Part shown: positions 1-14,500 of the stretch, piece after piece | How the letters are laid out: each line of letters begins with the position of its first letter | Position numbering within the stretch: the stretch's first letter is position 1 | Source of the DNA: the human T2T-CHM13v2.0 reference genome, Homo sapiens | DNA length: 64,000 bases | NCBI RefSeq assembly: GCF_009914755.1 | Contig: NC_060929.1 | Reading direction: 5' to 3' (one strand) | Made by a program: the position numbers and the translations under genes | The notes under the pieces: model-generated | Seen by the model: only the letters and a program-made list of their open reading frames with translations | Told to the model about the DNA's origin: nothing | The model's database searches: none

Positions 1-856
1 GGATAATAATCTTTTATGATGAAGCCTTCACATTTCAGGCTTAACTATCTCTCTCTTAATGTATCAAAACCCACTTAAAGCTATCATGTACTGTAAAGTG
101 GCATAAAACTTAAAAGAATAAGAATTATGTGGATATAGATGAGAATTTTTCGAGGTTAAAGTTTATAGCAATAGTGAGATCAAATAAGATGAGATGAATA
201 AGTGAAACTCAGATGACACAACTACTTCATCACACTCCAGGAAGGCTCTTGATATTGGCCGAAACTACGAGAAGCAATTTTGATTTTCAGGATCATTTCA
301 AATTTTAAAATGTCAAAGGATTTTAATACTCTTTTCAAATTGGCAATTTTGTTCTATGCCAAATAAAACTTTATCCTATTACTTTTAAAGTATGACATCC
401 AGGAAAAACTAAATGAATGATACTTTATAAAATCAATATAATTAGGTTATTTTCTCCATGATAAAAATATTTAAAGTAAGTCAAAGACTCGGTCATAAAA
501 TACTATGATTAAAATCATTTTGAGATCAAGCATAACAAATTGCAGAATTCTGCAGAAAGTGCAAGTCCAAATATTATATATAGAAATTAAAAATGTAACA
601 GTGAGAAATTACTGATATACAGATAGACCTGCAAATTTGGAAAAAAAAAAAACCTACTAGTCTTAGATCCAGTCCTTCTTTACTTATGAGAAAAGTCATT
701 TAACTTCTCTTGAATTGTATGTGTTCTTATATAATGAAAAAACTGGACCAGGTCAGTGGTTCTGATAAATTAACAAAATATACACATGTATATAGCTATT
801 ATTTTCATTTGAAAATTTGATATATATTAGAATTACACACATTTAAAGTTTCATTA

Positions 857-1235
857 CAGAAGGTCCTCAATTTATGATACTTCAACTTAGGATTTTTATG
901 ATGATTCAACAATAATATGCTTTCAGTAGAAACTGTACTTCAAGTTTTGAATTTTGATCCTTTCCTGGGAGCAACATGTGACAGGATACACTCTCATAAT
1001 GCTGGGCCACGGCGATAACCTGCAACTCCCAGAACAACTGATATTCTGCAGTGGGCTATGTGGCCAGTAGAGTTTGCCCAACTGTAGGTTAAATATAACT
1101 GTTCTGTATATGTTTAAGGCTTTTCTATTTGGTAGATTAAGGGTGTGAAATGCATTTCCAACGTGATATTTTCAACTTATGATGGGTTTATCAGGACATT
1201 ACCCCATTACCCCATTGTAAATTGAGGAGCATCTG
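857..1235 (-). mobile_element. Tigger3-family (TcMar-Tigger) non-autonomous DNA transposon
   Basis: TIRs cagaaggtcctcaattta...taaattgaggagcatctg flanked by TA on both sides; internal caacttatgatgggtttatcaggac typical of Tigger3. Confidence 0.85.
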
Positions 1236-1238
1236 TAA

Positions 1239-1571
<333 letters not shown>

Positions 1572-1728
1572 ACATCTGTGATTTCTAGACCCTGGTCTAC
1601 CTGAGAAAATCTATAGTCTCGTCCATCCTCTTGTTTCAACCTCTATAGTTTTATAAATTAGAACACCACAATTTTGCAGTATTTTAGATTGTGTGAGGAT
1701 TTCTTTAACATTACTTCACGAGATTTTT

Positions 1729-1892
1729 GGCAGGTGTGGTGGCTCACACCTGTAACGCTAGCACTTTGGGAGGCCGAGATGGGAGGATGGCTTGAGCCCA
1801 GAAGTTAGAGGCTGCAATGAGCTGTGATTGTGCCACTGCACTCCAGCCCAGCCTGGGTGATAGGAAAAAGACCCTATGTCTTAAAAAAAAAA
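1729..1892 (+). mobile_element. Alu monomer (FRAM/FAM-like)
   Basis: Single arm ggcaggtgtggtggctcac...ctgcactccagc...A tail. Confidence 0.85.
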
Positions 1893-2861
1893 GTTTTGAG
1901 TAAAAGAAAAAAAATTCTGTCTTCTCATTATTCAACTCACTTAAAATGGTGATTAAAAAAAATTAAGACCAAAATTCTAAATTCTCTATCAATTCAAGCT
2001 CTATAAAATATTGCTCAGTGATAAGAAATGCTCTCTATGATGTCTCAAACACAAAGAAATCCTCAAGATGTTATAACTTATCCTTCAGACAACAAAAATT
2101 TAAAGTAAAAATCTTTTAAGTCTTTTTGTATAGGAACCAGAAAGCATTTCTTAGCTACATACTATATTACTGTTGTATAAGTAGATACTTAACATATGAA
2201 ACAATTTTTATAGAGGAATGAATATTTCAGCTTCTACTGTAGAAGGATACCCAGCCCTATGAAGATTAATATTGGCCAAAGCTTTTCTCATTGCACATAA
2301 TGTCATTTGGAGCTCTAAAATAGCTGCCTTATCCCTAAAATATTATCATCAGTTCAAGGATATAGTCATTATTAAGCTAAATGTAAGGGAAATTAAATAA
2401 TGTGGCTCTTACAGAACAAGTGAAAAACAACAATAATTTAAAGACATATAAAAAGTTATAGGAGAACTTTACATAGTTATTACCTTGTTTGCAAATGTGC
2501 AACTTACTACCAAAATAAAGGATCAATCCAGATTATCCTATGGCTATACTACAATGCAAAGAAGTAGAAGAGTCATATAAAGAATCACTTCATTCCATTT
2601 TTTCCTAACAGAGGTATATTTAAAAATCAATATAAATATATATTTAATTTTTTTTCAACAACATCAGAGTTGATTACTGAAGCTGAGAATGCTTGTCAGT
2701 ATAAGTGATAATACGTGTTATGACATTAACCCAGGTAGATTGCATTCTGATGACCAAATTGATTTTAAAAATACATGTAAAGTAAACTTTTCATAGTATG
2801 AATTTTTGAAAGGAATACTTTTGAAAGCATACATAGTTTAAAAGACAACTGTATGTGCTGG

Positions 2862-3100
2862 TTCAAAGCAGCCTCTGGAGCAAGGATTTGACTCCTGGCT
2901 CTAACACTACTGCTGTGACACCTGCTAGCTGCCTCATCTTGGCGAGCCACTTAAATGTTAATGTCCTCATCTGAGAAGCATGATGATTATACACCTACTC
3001 CATAAGGTTATTGCAGCAGGTAGCTGAGATTCTATGTATGAAATACTTAGGACCTTGTCTGGCAGATGGTAGTTGCTATAAAATATTTGCTGTTATTATT
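2862..3100 (+). mobile_element. MIR
   Basis: Core-like cctcatctgagaag...acacctactccataaggttattg, ends tgctgttattatt. Confidence 0.75.
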
Positions 3101-3424
3101 ATATATTTTATTATTGGGACCAGTGAATAGGTTTAAATTTAAAGTCACACTTACGTTTTAGGTAATGTTCCAGATCCTTTTAGCACCAAGGCACAAACTG
3201 TTGATTGATATAAATAAAGATGACACTTAAAGTAGTTTCTCATTTTGTTATTAGCAAATGCTAATTGTCTTTAGGTCGCAGACACCTTCAAGACTCAAAT
3301 ATCACCAGCAATACTGAAATTCTTTTACGTGAGAAAAATGTATTCATATATATAGCTTTGCAACCTATTTTAGGGGATTCAAGGAAAACATATTAGTAAA
3401 CTCTTACATAATGAATAACTTTTG

Positions 3425-4482
3425 GGTATAGGTACTGAAAAGGATGTCATGACAAAGACACGAAAAACCATCACAAAAAAGCAAAACTTGACAAATGGGA
3501 TCTAATTAAACTTAAGAGCTTCTGCACAGCAAAGGAAACTATCAACAGAGTAAACAGACAACCTACAAAATGGGAGAAAATATTTGCAAATGACACATCT
3601 GATAAAGGTCTAATATTCAGCATCTATAAGGAACATAAACAAATTTACAAGAGAAAAACCAACAACCCCATTAAAAAGTGGGCAAAGGACATGAATAGAC
3701 ACTCTTAAAAAGAAGACATACATGTGGCCAACAAACATATGAAACAAAGCTCAGTATCACTGATCATTAGAGAAATGCAAATCAAAACCACAACAAGATA
3801 CCATCTCACACCAGTCACAATGGCTACTAAAAAGTCAAAAAATAACGGATGCTGAGGTTGCAGAGAAAAGAGAACTCTTATACCCTGTTGGTGGGAGTGT
3901 AAATTAGTTCAGCCATTGTGGAAAACAGTATGGTAATTCCTCAAAGAGCTAAAAGCAGAACTACCATTCCACCCAGCAATTCCATTACTAGGTACATACC
4001 CAGAGGAATGTAAGTCATTCTACCATAAAGACACATGTATGTGAAAGTTCACTGCAGCACTATTCATGATAGCAAAGACATGGAATCAACCTAAATGCCC
4101 ATAAAATAAAATATGGTACATATACACCATGGAATACTATGCAGCCAAATAAAGAACAAGAGTTATGTCTTTTTTGGGAACATTGATGGAGCTGGAGGCT
4201 ATTATCCTTAGCAAAATAATGCAGGAACAGAAAACCAATACCATATTTTCTCACTTATAAGTGGGAGCTAAATGATGAGAATTCATGAACCAAAGAAGGG
4301 AACAATAGACACTGGGGCCTGCTTGAGAGTGGAGGGTGAGAGGAGGAAGAGGAGCAGAAAAGATAACTATTGGGTACTGGGCTTCGTACCTGGGTGACAA
4401 AATAATCTGTACAAGAGATCTCTGTGACATGAGTTTACCTATGTAACAAACCTTCACATGTACCTCTAAAGCTAAAATAACA
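3425..4482 (+). mobile_element. L1 3' end (L1PA15/16-like), ORF2 C-terminus plus 3'UTR
   Basis: gacaaatgggatctaattaaacttaagagcttctgcacagc; 3'UTR gaggagcagaaaagataactattgggtac. Confidence 0.9.
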
Positions 4483-4513
4483 GATTTTTTAATTATTAAC
4501 TTTTAAGGGTTAG

Positions 4514-4891
<378 letters not shown>

Positions 4892-4943
4892 GATATTAGG
4901 TAATTTTATGTGTAGAATAGAAATGTATCTTATGTAAGTCACT

Positions 4944-5432
4944 TATGTGAAAAAAGACACTTGCACACACTTGTTCATAGCAGCACAATTCACAATTGCA
5001 AAAACATGCAACCAGCTTAAATGGCCATCAACCAATCAGTGGATAAAGAAAATGTAATATATACATATATACATCATGGAATACTACTTGACTATAAAAA
5101 GAAACAAAATAATGGCATTCGCAGTAACCTAGATGGAGTTGGAGGCCATTATTATAAGTGAAGTTATTCAGTAATGGAAAACCAAATATTGTATGTTCTC
5201 ACTTATAAGTGGGAGCTAAGCTACAAGGATGCAAAGGCATAAGAATGATACAACGGACTTTGGGGACTCCGGGGAAAGGGTGGGAGTGGGGTGAGCGATA
5301 ACAGACGACACATTGGGTACAGTATATACTGCTCAGGTAACGGGTGCACCAAAATCTCAGAAATCACCACTGAAGAACTTATTCATGTAACCAAAAACCA
5401 CCTATTCCCCCAAAACTATTGAAATAAAAAAA
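4944..5432 (+). mobile_element. L1PB-type 3' end
   Basis: ggagctaagctacaaggatgcaaaggcataagaatgatac...caccaaaatctcagaaatcaccactgaagaac. Confidence 0.9.
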
Positions 5433-6348
5433 TTTTTAAGTCTTCTCTATATATCATCTCTGTAAATAGTTATTCATATCATTATGTCATAATTTAAAAA
5501 TAAATGCCACATTTTCTTTCTTTGTAAAACACCTTAAGTTTTTAAAGTTACTTCAAAAACATACATTCAGAATTTTACTCTAAAGACAGCTCTGGCATGC
5601 TAATTAAAAGCTGAAACAAATCTGGATGACAACTTATCTTAATTGGAAACATTAGGAAGAAACATTGATTGCATCAATCACTAAAAGATGACACTGTAGC
5701 ACCCCTGAAGTATTTATTCAGAGCAACTGAGGTGTGAGATTTTTTTCATCCCCCGGAAAACAGCACCTGCTGAGTAGGCAACATTTTTGCCTATAACTAC
5801 ATTCTGCTGTAGTAGTCACTACAGTAATTAAACTTTAATAAAATTAGTGTTTTAGACATTAAAAGTAACGTCCTCATTTCATAATTTAAAAAATCAATGA
5901 ATGCACTTTAATAGGTTTTTGTTTCCAAGGCTACACCAGACTGGAAGAAAAAGGTTCTGTAATAACATAATACATTTTTCTTTACACTGTCCAGTTATAG
6001 CTCTAGAACTTCATCACTTTCTCAATTTCTCTTCTTTATTCTTGTGCTCTTCTTTTGAAGGCTCAGAAATTGGTCTAAAGGAGCCTCCACTGAAACATTA
6101 TCTGAGTATCCCCACTCCAAGCTGCTCTCAAGATAAAGTACTTCTTTCCCAGCCATTGTCACCATGCCACGTGTGTGAGAATTGCTTCTTATCTGTTTGC
6201 TACTTTGGGGAACAAAGTGCGCAGGCTGAATTCTGTGTTCACCCTGTTGCCTGAGTCTACATGTGTAGGGATATGTAGACTTTTAGAATGGAAAAAAGAT
6301 TAAAATCTGCTATCCTTTAAGACTTTTCACCCCGAAATTCAAGGATTT

Positions 6349-6657
6349 CTTTTTTTAATTTTAATTTTTTTTTTTTTGACAGGATCTTGCTCTGTCACCC
6401 AGGCTGGAGTGCAGTGGTGTGATCTCAGTTCATTGCAACCTCTGCCCCCTGAACTCAAGTCATCCTCTCACCTCAGCCTCCTGAATAGCTAGACTACAGG
6501 TGTGCACAACCATGCCTGGCTAATTTTTGTATGTTTTGTAGAGACAAGCTTTTGCCATGTTGCCCAGGTTGATCTCAAACTCCTGAGCTCAAGCAATTAC
6601 CCCACCTTGGCCTCCCAAAGTGCTGGGATTAGAGGCTTGAGACACTGCACCTCAGCC
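6349..6657 (-). mobile_element. Alu (AluJ-like)
   Basis: Diverged dimer with ctcaagtcatcctc and gagctcaagc J-type motifs. Confidence 0.9.
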
Positions 6658-6660
6658 TCC

Positions 6661-7540
<880 letters not shown>

Positions 7541-8281
7541 TAGAAAACTACTGACCCATCATATCACCTCACCTATATCAGATAATGTGTCCATGAGAAT
7601 TAATCTTTTGTAATGTTTTGTAGTGTTAAGCTACTTAATTTGTTACTGAATCATACTTTATCAAATACTGACTAAAAGAATTTTCAAGCTGAAAGATTTA
7701 GCCAATTTTTAGGATAAGTAAGGACAATGCTGATTAGGATGCGGCCTTGATATTGCACAGCCTAAAGTGCTTTCTCCTGGCATCTTAGTTAGAGGTGCTT
7801 TAATACAGAGTTGATACTTTATTCTATTACTTCTATGGATTAATCTTGAAATAGAAGTGAGAAGTTAGTATCACATAGTATCCCGCTTGAACAAACCAGT
7901 GTTTTATTCCTGGATAGAGCCATCTCCCTAGCTCTAGGGTGGTGGTGAGAACATGGTGTCAAACCTTCCAAAAACTTTATATGTGCAAATTCTCTCATCT
8001 TTTTGGGGAATGATTAAATATAAGAAAATAGCTGAGGATCATGTGATATTTGAGAAAAAAATCCTTTAATTTGAGTGTAGGTGTCAAAATGGACAAATAA
8101 AGATAATTTGGAAAGAAAAGAAGTATTCATTTTCTATACTGCTAACAAATCACTACAAACTTACTAGCTAAAAGCACACATATGTGGTATTTTGCAGATT
8201 TTGTGGGTCAGGAGTCCTGGCATGGCATGGCTGGATCCTCAGTTTAGGGTCTAATATGGCTACAATCAAGATGTCAGTTGG

Positions 8282-8440
8282 AAATGGGTGTAGTGGGACT
8301 CACCTGTAGTCCCAGCTACTCAGGATGTTGAGGCAGGAGGATTGCTCGAACCCAGAAGTTCCAGGCTTTAGTGAGCTATGATTGCACAGCTGCACTCCAG
8401 CCTGGGTGACAAAGCAATACCCTGTCTTAAAAAAAAAAAA
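8282..8440 (+). mobile_element. Alu right monomer (FRAM)
   Basis: cacctgtagtcccagctactc...ctgcactccagcctgggtgac...A tail. Confidence 0.85.
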
Positions 8441-8607
8441 TGTTAGCTAGGCTGTATTTATATCCCTAGGCTTGACTGAGGAAGACTGTGCTTCCAAACA
8501 CACTAACATTGTTGGTAGAATTCCTCACTTACAGTTGTAGAACCGAGGATATTGACTGTTGACCAGAGACTTACATAAGCTCCTAAAGGCTACCATAATC
8601 CCTAGCC

Positions 8608-8946
8608 CAGAGGTTCCTAACCTTTTTGGTACCAGGAACTGGTTTTGTGGAAGACATTTTTTCCATGGATGGGGGTGTTTAGAGGTGTGGGATCTTGCGG
8701 GGGGTTGGGGGCGGTGGGAAATGAATGAAACTGTTTTCAGGCATTAGATTCTCATAAGGAGCGTGCAACCTAGATCCTTCACATGTGTGGGTCAGTTCAC
8801 AATAGGGTTCACGCTCCTGTGAAAATCTAAGGCCACTGCTGATCTGACAGGAGGTGGAGCTTAGGCAGTAATATTCTCTCGCCTGCCACTCACCTTCCTC
8901 TGTGCAGCCCAGTTCCAAACGGGCCCTAACCCTCACCCTAACCCTG
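8608..8946 (-). mobile_element. MER1B (hAT-Charlie)
   Basis: cagaggttcctaacctttttggtaccagg start, gcattagattctcataagg core; perfect 8-bp TSD ccctagcc at 8600-8607 and 8947-8954. Confidence 0.9.
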
Positions 8947-11121
8947 CCCTAGCCACATGAGCTTTTCCAGCACTGCCTCTTCTTCACACAGCATGGAGAA
9001 ACTCAAGAGCAGGTCTACTAGCAAGGAAGAGTCTTATACAATGTAACGTAATCATGGGAGAGACAAAGAGAGGAATCCCACACAGGGATGAAGCACCTCA
9101 GTGGTGCGCGTCAGTGGTGGTTACTGCAGCACCTCGGCAAGTATGCATCTAGCTTGGAGAGACACGGGTCCCATCCAGACTTAAACAGGAAGCAAGAGCC
9201 TCCAGAAAAGACATCTCCAAGAAAAACAAAATCATTTTCTTGATGTATTTGACATAGTAAATAGGCAAAGCAAAAAAGATACAATGTTAAATCCCCATGA
9301 CAACAAAAAGTTGTATAAACATTAAATAATAAATGCTAAGTATTGAATTCACCAAAAGTGCAGTAAATACTTTGGAGGTTGGACAGAGAAGATGTGTATG
9401 TCTGTGTATAGAGTTGGGGAAGTAAAATAGACATCTACATCTTCATGTTTTGTAGTAAGGAATCAATATGTTAATATCGAAAACTAAAAAGATGAAGATG
9501 ACAATGGAAGCACAATTGTGAACAGCATGGCAGTAAATAAATGGAGGAATTAAAGAGCTGAAAATCATTGCTTATGGCAAATACACAGGAAGATTATATA
9601 TATATTTATATATATATTCAGCAAAGTTGACTCTTTTTAGTCATACACTTAATTTAAATTTTTCAAACTATGTACTTATATAATCATGATAAAGAGCAAG
9701 TATAATAAGAATATGAACATTTTACTTCATAAACCTTAGTATTACTTGAATTTATTTTTATAAAATTTATATAAGTCTAAATTTGTTGTTAAAAAACAAA
9801 AACATCTCCTTACTTCCTCCATGTCCCATAGACTATGAAGCCTATGAATGAATTTTAAGGAGAAAGAATCTTTGAGGATGGGATAGAACAGGAGAAATAG
9901 CAGGACAGCTAATGGAGAAGGGACCAGGTATAAAATTAGGAAGAATAAATTTCAGTAACTTTAAAATTCTGGCCAGGCCTACGGTTGTGTTTGAAGAAGG
10001 CAGGAGACAGACAAAGAACCTCATTAATTGCCCACAGCGTGCCAGGCACTGTGAAGCTGCTTCACTCAGTTTCCTCACTTACTCATAACAGTAACACTGT
10101 AACAGACATTTCTTGCCCCATGTTCTAGAGCAGGGGACTAATAACAAGATGTTAAAGAACTTGCTCAAACAAACCAAGCCTCTTAGTGTCAGAGCAAGAA
10201 CTGACTCCAAAAGCCTCAGTTGTTCAGGGCTGTAAACTGAATCCATGGGCAGCAGCAACTCTTTGCATGTAAAATTTGCTTCATTTACTAAATAAAAACC
10301 TCTTTCATTGTGTTAATTAAATATGCCCGCTACAATCTTGTTTACATTCATTCCATTAAAAATAGACAACTCAAAGGTAACTTTCAGTTTTGCTCTTGTA
10401 AAATAGCCAAGTCTAGAATTTTATATCATTTTCATTAAATTTAATATAGGTGTAGGTGGTTAATTAAAAACAAGATTTTGCTAAATGTAAGTATTGGATG
10501 CTTACGTAATTTTTAGTTAATTACATGGCAACTTGATTTATCTGTTGCTATTTGATTAAATCTTAACACACTGTTTTAGCAATAAATCAATATTTAATGA
10601 CGTATTAGCATAGAGTCGATATTCTGCCAAGTCTTGATGAGAGGCTTTGCTAAATATGAGCTTATGGCTTTATGTACTATCTTCATTTTTAAGTAAAGGG
10701 TATTTTGTTCTAACTACTGTTTATGAAGAAATATATGTTTTAGCATATTTAGGACTTTTGACAATCATTTCTAAAGAATCTCAAAATGGACTATGTTCTC
10801 TCTAGATTTTCTGCATTTATTGCTGTGATAAAAACAAGTGAGAGTGTCAAAGAACAGTAATGCTGAAAACTTATAAAGGGATTAATAGTCCATTGGTAAA
10901 ATAGCTCCATTAATTCGTCTGTGCATATGAACAAAGGACAGTCTTGCAGACACACAATGGGCAAAATGAACATAGTGATATATGGCTGACACCAGAATGT
11001 AGCACATTTCGCAGTGTATGAACAGGCAGAAGATAACAGGCCACAGACTCGAACTCTTCTGGAGGCCCCTAGCTTTCATTGCTGATAAACTGCAACAAAA
11101 ACGCATGAGTATGTGGGTTTA

Positions 11122-11148
<27 letters not shown>
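11122..11148. repeat. (TG)n microsatellite
   Basis: About 13 pure units. Confidence 0.95.
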
Positions 11149-11152
<4 letters not shown>

Positions 11153-11494
11153 TTTAATTAGCATTTAATTAATAATTATATCTTTCCAATTTGTAAATGA
11201 AAAATATATTTTTTTGGTAATAACTGGTCACAAACAATCTCATCAGAATTATGCTGGTGACTTATACCTAAAATCTTTAAGCATATTTTTCAACGAATAA
11301 AGATGCCAATATTTCTGAGTATATATTGTCAGCTTTTATGAGAAAATGGTGTAAAATTTATTTTCATTTTCTGTTTCAAAGTATGCTTTGAACATTTATA
11401 ACATTTAGATTTTATGAGACTTACAAATTAAAAGGTCCAGATATTTTTTTTTCTCAAGCACTATAGCTCAGGTGTTCAAAAGGAGAGAGAGATA

Positions 11495-11580
11495 GTGTGT
11501 GTGTGGTGTGTGTGTGTGTGGGTGGGTGTGGGTGTGTTTGCACACAAAAGGCAAGGATTTCATGTGCATGCGTGTGTGGG
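11495..11580. repeat. Imperfect (GT)n
   Basis: Interrupted GT tract. Confidence 0.8.
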
Positions 11581-12180
11581 AGAGCAGATTTTCCATGAGA
11601 TAGGACTGATACTCACCTGTTCTGTCACTGACCAGCTTGATGGCCTCTCACCAACCTCTCTTCCTATTTTCTGTGTTAGACTCATTTAACAGAAAGCGTG
11701 ATGAAGATGACAAAATGGGATCAGCTGATCCTTAAAGCTTTTGTTTAGCTTAATAGGCCAGGTTAGCATTTTGCAGATGTTGGGTTTCCAGATTAATAAT
11801 CCTAATGAGGGCATCTAGCAGCAGTAGCTATTAGATGATGTAATTTGGAATCTGATTTGCTTCTTAGGTTAAGACAAACAAATCTCATTTACAGTGTAAA
11901 CTATCTAAAATAATGCCTTCTGTTTTGCTTTCTCATCCAAGGACGTTTTCCAGAATTAGAAGTCAAGGTTACTATAATGGACGTCACACTGCAGAAAGCT
12001 GCTGCCACAGACTGTGTTTTGAAGCCTCCTTTTTTCACTTATTAGGTTATAGCAAGCAGCAACCATACTAGTAGATGTATGTGTAGCTTTATATTGTGTT
12101 GGGAGAAATGGAATCCCCCGATATTACAGCTGCACTTCTGATTTGTCATTTATTTGGAATAAATAGAGGGTGGTATGCCA

Positions 12181-12194
12181 GTTGCTATGGAAAC
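12181..12194. promoter_or_regulatory. RFX X-box motif
   Basis: GTTGCTATGGAAAC fits the full two-half X-box consensus in unique sequence; function untested. Confidence 0.5.
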
Positions 12195-12439
12195 TAGTTC
12201 CACATTGGAGCAGTAGAAGACCTTTAAGCACGTTTGAAATTGCTTCCTGCTCATTATGTTTCAGCACTGAAGAAGGTGTAGTGTGCAATTAAATAGAAAT
12301 CAAGATTTAATTTAAAAATTAAATTAAATTTTCTGGATTGTCCTTTGTGTACAATAAGCTTATGAGACGGAGCATTGCTAGATGCAATGCTAACTGGATG
12401 CACATTTGGAAAGAGAGCTGGATCACACCCTTTCTTCTC

Positions 12440-12500
12440 TGTGGTGTGTATGTGTGCGTGTGCGTGGGTGTGTGTGTGCATGTACAGGTGTGTACGTGTA
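12440..12500. repeat. Imperfect (TG)n
   Basis: Mixed TG/CG/TA alternation. Confidence 0.75.
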
Positions 12501-13069
12501 CATCAGAGATACTTATAATAATCCCTCTTATGGCAGTTTATTCCAAAAATGTCAGTTTCACCTAGCATATTCTAGAAAATTGGTTAATGTATGCAGGGCT
12601 ATAAAAAGAAACATATATGTTTGGATTCATTTGTAGGTTATAAAATTAACATCAAGAGAGTTAACCATTATGTTGAGACAAAAATACAAAATTTAATTGT
12701 GCAGATTTTTAAAGAGAATATTTTAAGGTAAATTAGTGAGAACATGAGATTGATATGTAGTCAGACTTGGAAATACAGGCACTACAAAAACAATAACATA
12801 TGCATATGAAGCAGTCAAAATATAAGGATTTTATATGATGGAAGCAAAAAGAAGGCTATATATATTTTTCAAAAACCAAGTGTATTTGGTGTATACATAG
12901 GTGGTATTCCTTAGCTTCTAAAATTGAAAAATATTATAAAATGTTTATTTAGTCTTATACTGTACATTAATTATATGTTATCCCAGAAATACAAATATAG
13001 ATAATTGTTCTAAAAGGATCAGGGGATTACTTTAGTTATAGCCATGTATTAAAACCTTATATTTTTATA

Positions 13070-13260
13070 GCTCTTTATAAAATATAATGGGCTTCATCTG
13101 TATGATTTCATTTGCTCTCTAAACAATTCTGAGGTAATCAGTGTAGAGCAGCTATTATCTTCATTTTACATATAAGTGACTTGTGTCAAGTCACCTAGAT
13201 AATCTATGGAACATCAGGGAAAGAAATCTCCTGATTTCTTTCCATTTCTAAAAGTATTAG
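13070..13260 (-). mobile_element. MIR
   Basis: aacaattctgaggt...attatcttcattttacatataagtgacttg...caagtcacctag. Confidence 0.65.
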
Positions 13261-14279
13261 TTAATCTTACGCTAAATTTGCAAAATATATCCTGTTTTCT
13301 CTTGACTGAGAAAGGCATCATAAAGTATTCAGGAATACAATTTATCTTTTCTTTAGAGTGACAGGAAGTGTGTGATGAAGTGTGCTTTAAAATAATTATT
13401 TTTTGAATCATCTTATTGTATGTATTTATTTCTTAAGGGTTTAAAAATGTATTTTCTGGTTAATTTGCATTGTTCAGACATCTTTGCCATGATTGGATTT
13501 GGATGTAAATAGAAACATGCTTGCTATATTGATATACAGGATTGCTTTTTTCATGGCTCTGTGTGTCCACCTAACTAGGTGCTATTTATGTTTAGTAGTT
13601 CTCTGCTCAATCAGTCCCTTACTGGTGATGAACCCTTGTGGCAATGGAGCCCCGTGCTATAAAAAGATTATATGGATAACTGAAAAAGATTGCCCTATAA
13701 TAACAGGAGCTTCCTTGGTGAGCAGCTGCTGGCCCAGCAGTCCTGGGGCTTTCATGAGGCTGCTATGAATATGTTCACAGCATGCTGAGGCTGACTCCAT
13801 GCTGTTAATGTGCTGCCTCGCCAGATCCCAGGCTGCTGCTGTGTGTGTGCTGGCTTCCTTCTATTTAATACTGTTTTTCTTATAGGAGATACTTTATGCT
13901 TCTGTCAAATGAAAGTTATCCTGTTCAGTATACAATCAATGCCTTCATAATATCACCTGCAGAAATTAGCACTTCGTAAGTATTATGTGATTTCTTTTTT
14001 ATTAATTGTTAAATATGAAGATTCTACCTTATCACAAGTAACAGGTGAAGTAACTATACTTCAAAAGGAAAAAAAAAGATATGTTGTTAATTACTTCAAG
14101 GCCTGTTGTCTGAGATTTGGAATGTAAAGATTTAATAAGGCTTTAATTCTTGACTGAGAAGACAGTCATATCAGATGCCAACAAGCTGGAAGGCCCTCGA
14201 GTGTAGGCCTTTTTGGTTTAAAGGAACCTGACCAAAGTAGCAAGCCTCCAGGGCTTTCCATACTGGCACCAACCCGTGT

Positions 14280-14500
14280 GCAGTAGAAATGGAATAAAGG
14301 CTGCAGTGGAAATCTAGGAGAGAAAATGATAAGTTGCAGAACTACAGTAGTGATACTACTGGGGATGGAGAGCTTTGGACACTCATGAGACAAAGAAACA
14401 TATGGCAGTGTTACATATGATGGTTGATTGAATGTGAGCATTTGAAGTAGATAATGGAGTCAAGAAATGTATCCAGATATATAGGGTTATCGACTGGAGT
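14280..14500 (-). mobile_element. L2 fragment
   Basis: Purine-rich antisense L2 pattern ggggatggagag...gatggttgattgaatgtg...ggagtcaag. Confidence 0.55.

Larger units (their letters stand above)
8125..9100 (-). mobile_element. MLT1-type MaLR LTR, interrupted by FRAM and MER1B
   Basis: ctgctaacaaatcactacaaactt...gggtcaggagtcc; resumes after both insertions. Confidence 0.7.

Noticed and set aside
5901-6254. 117-aa ORF
   Set aside because: Low-information peptide with no exon signals; consistent with chance.
8690-8720. G-run cluster (possible G4)
   Set aside because: Lies in a G-rich variable part of MER1B; such runs are common and nothing suggests function.
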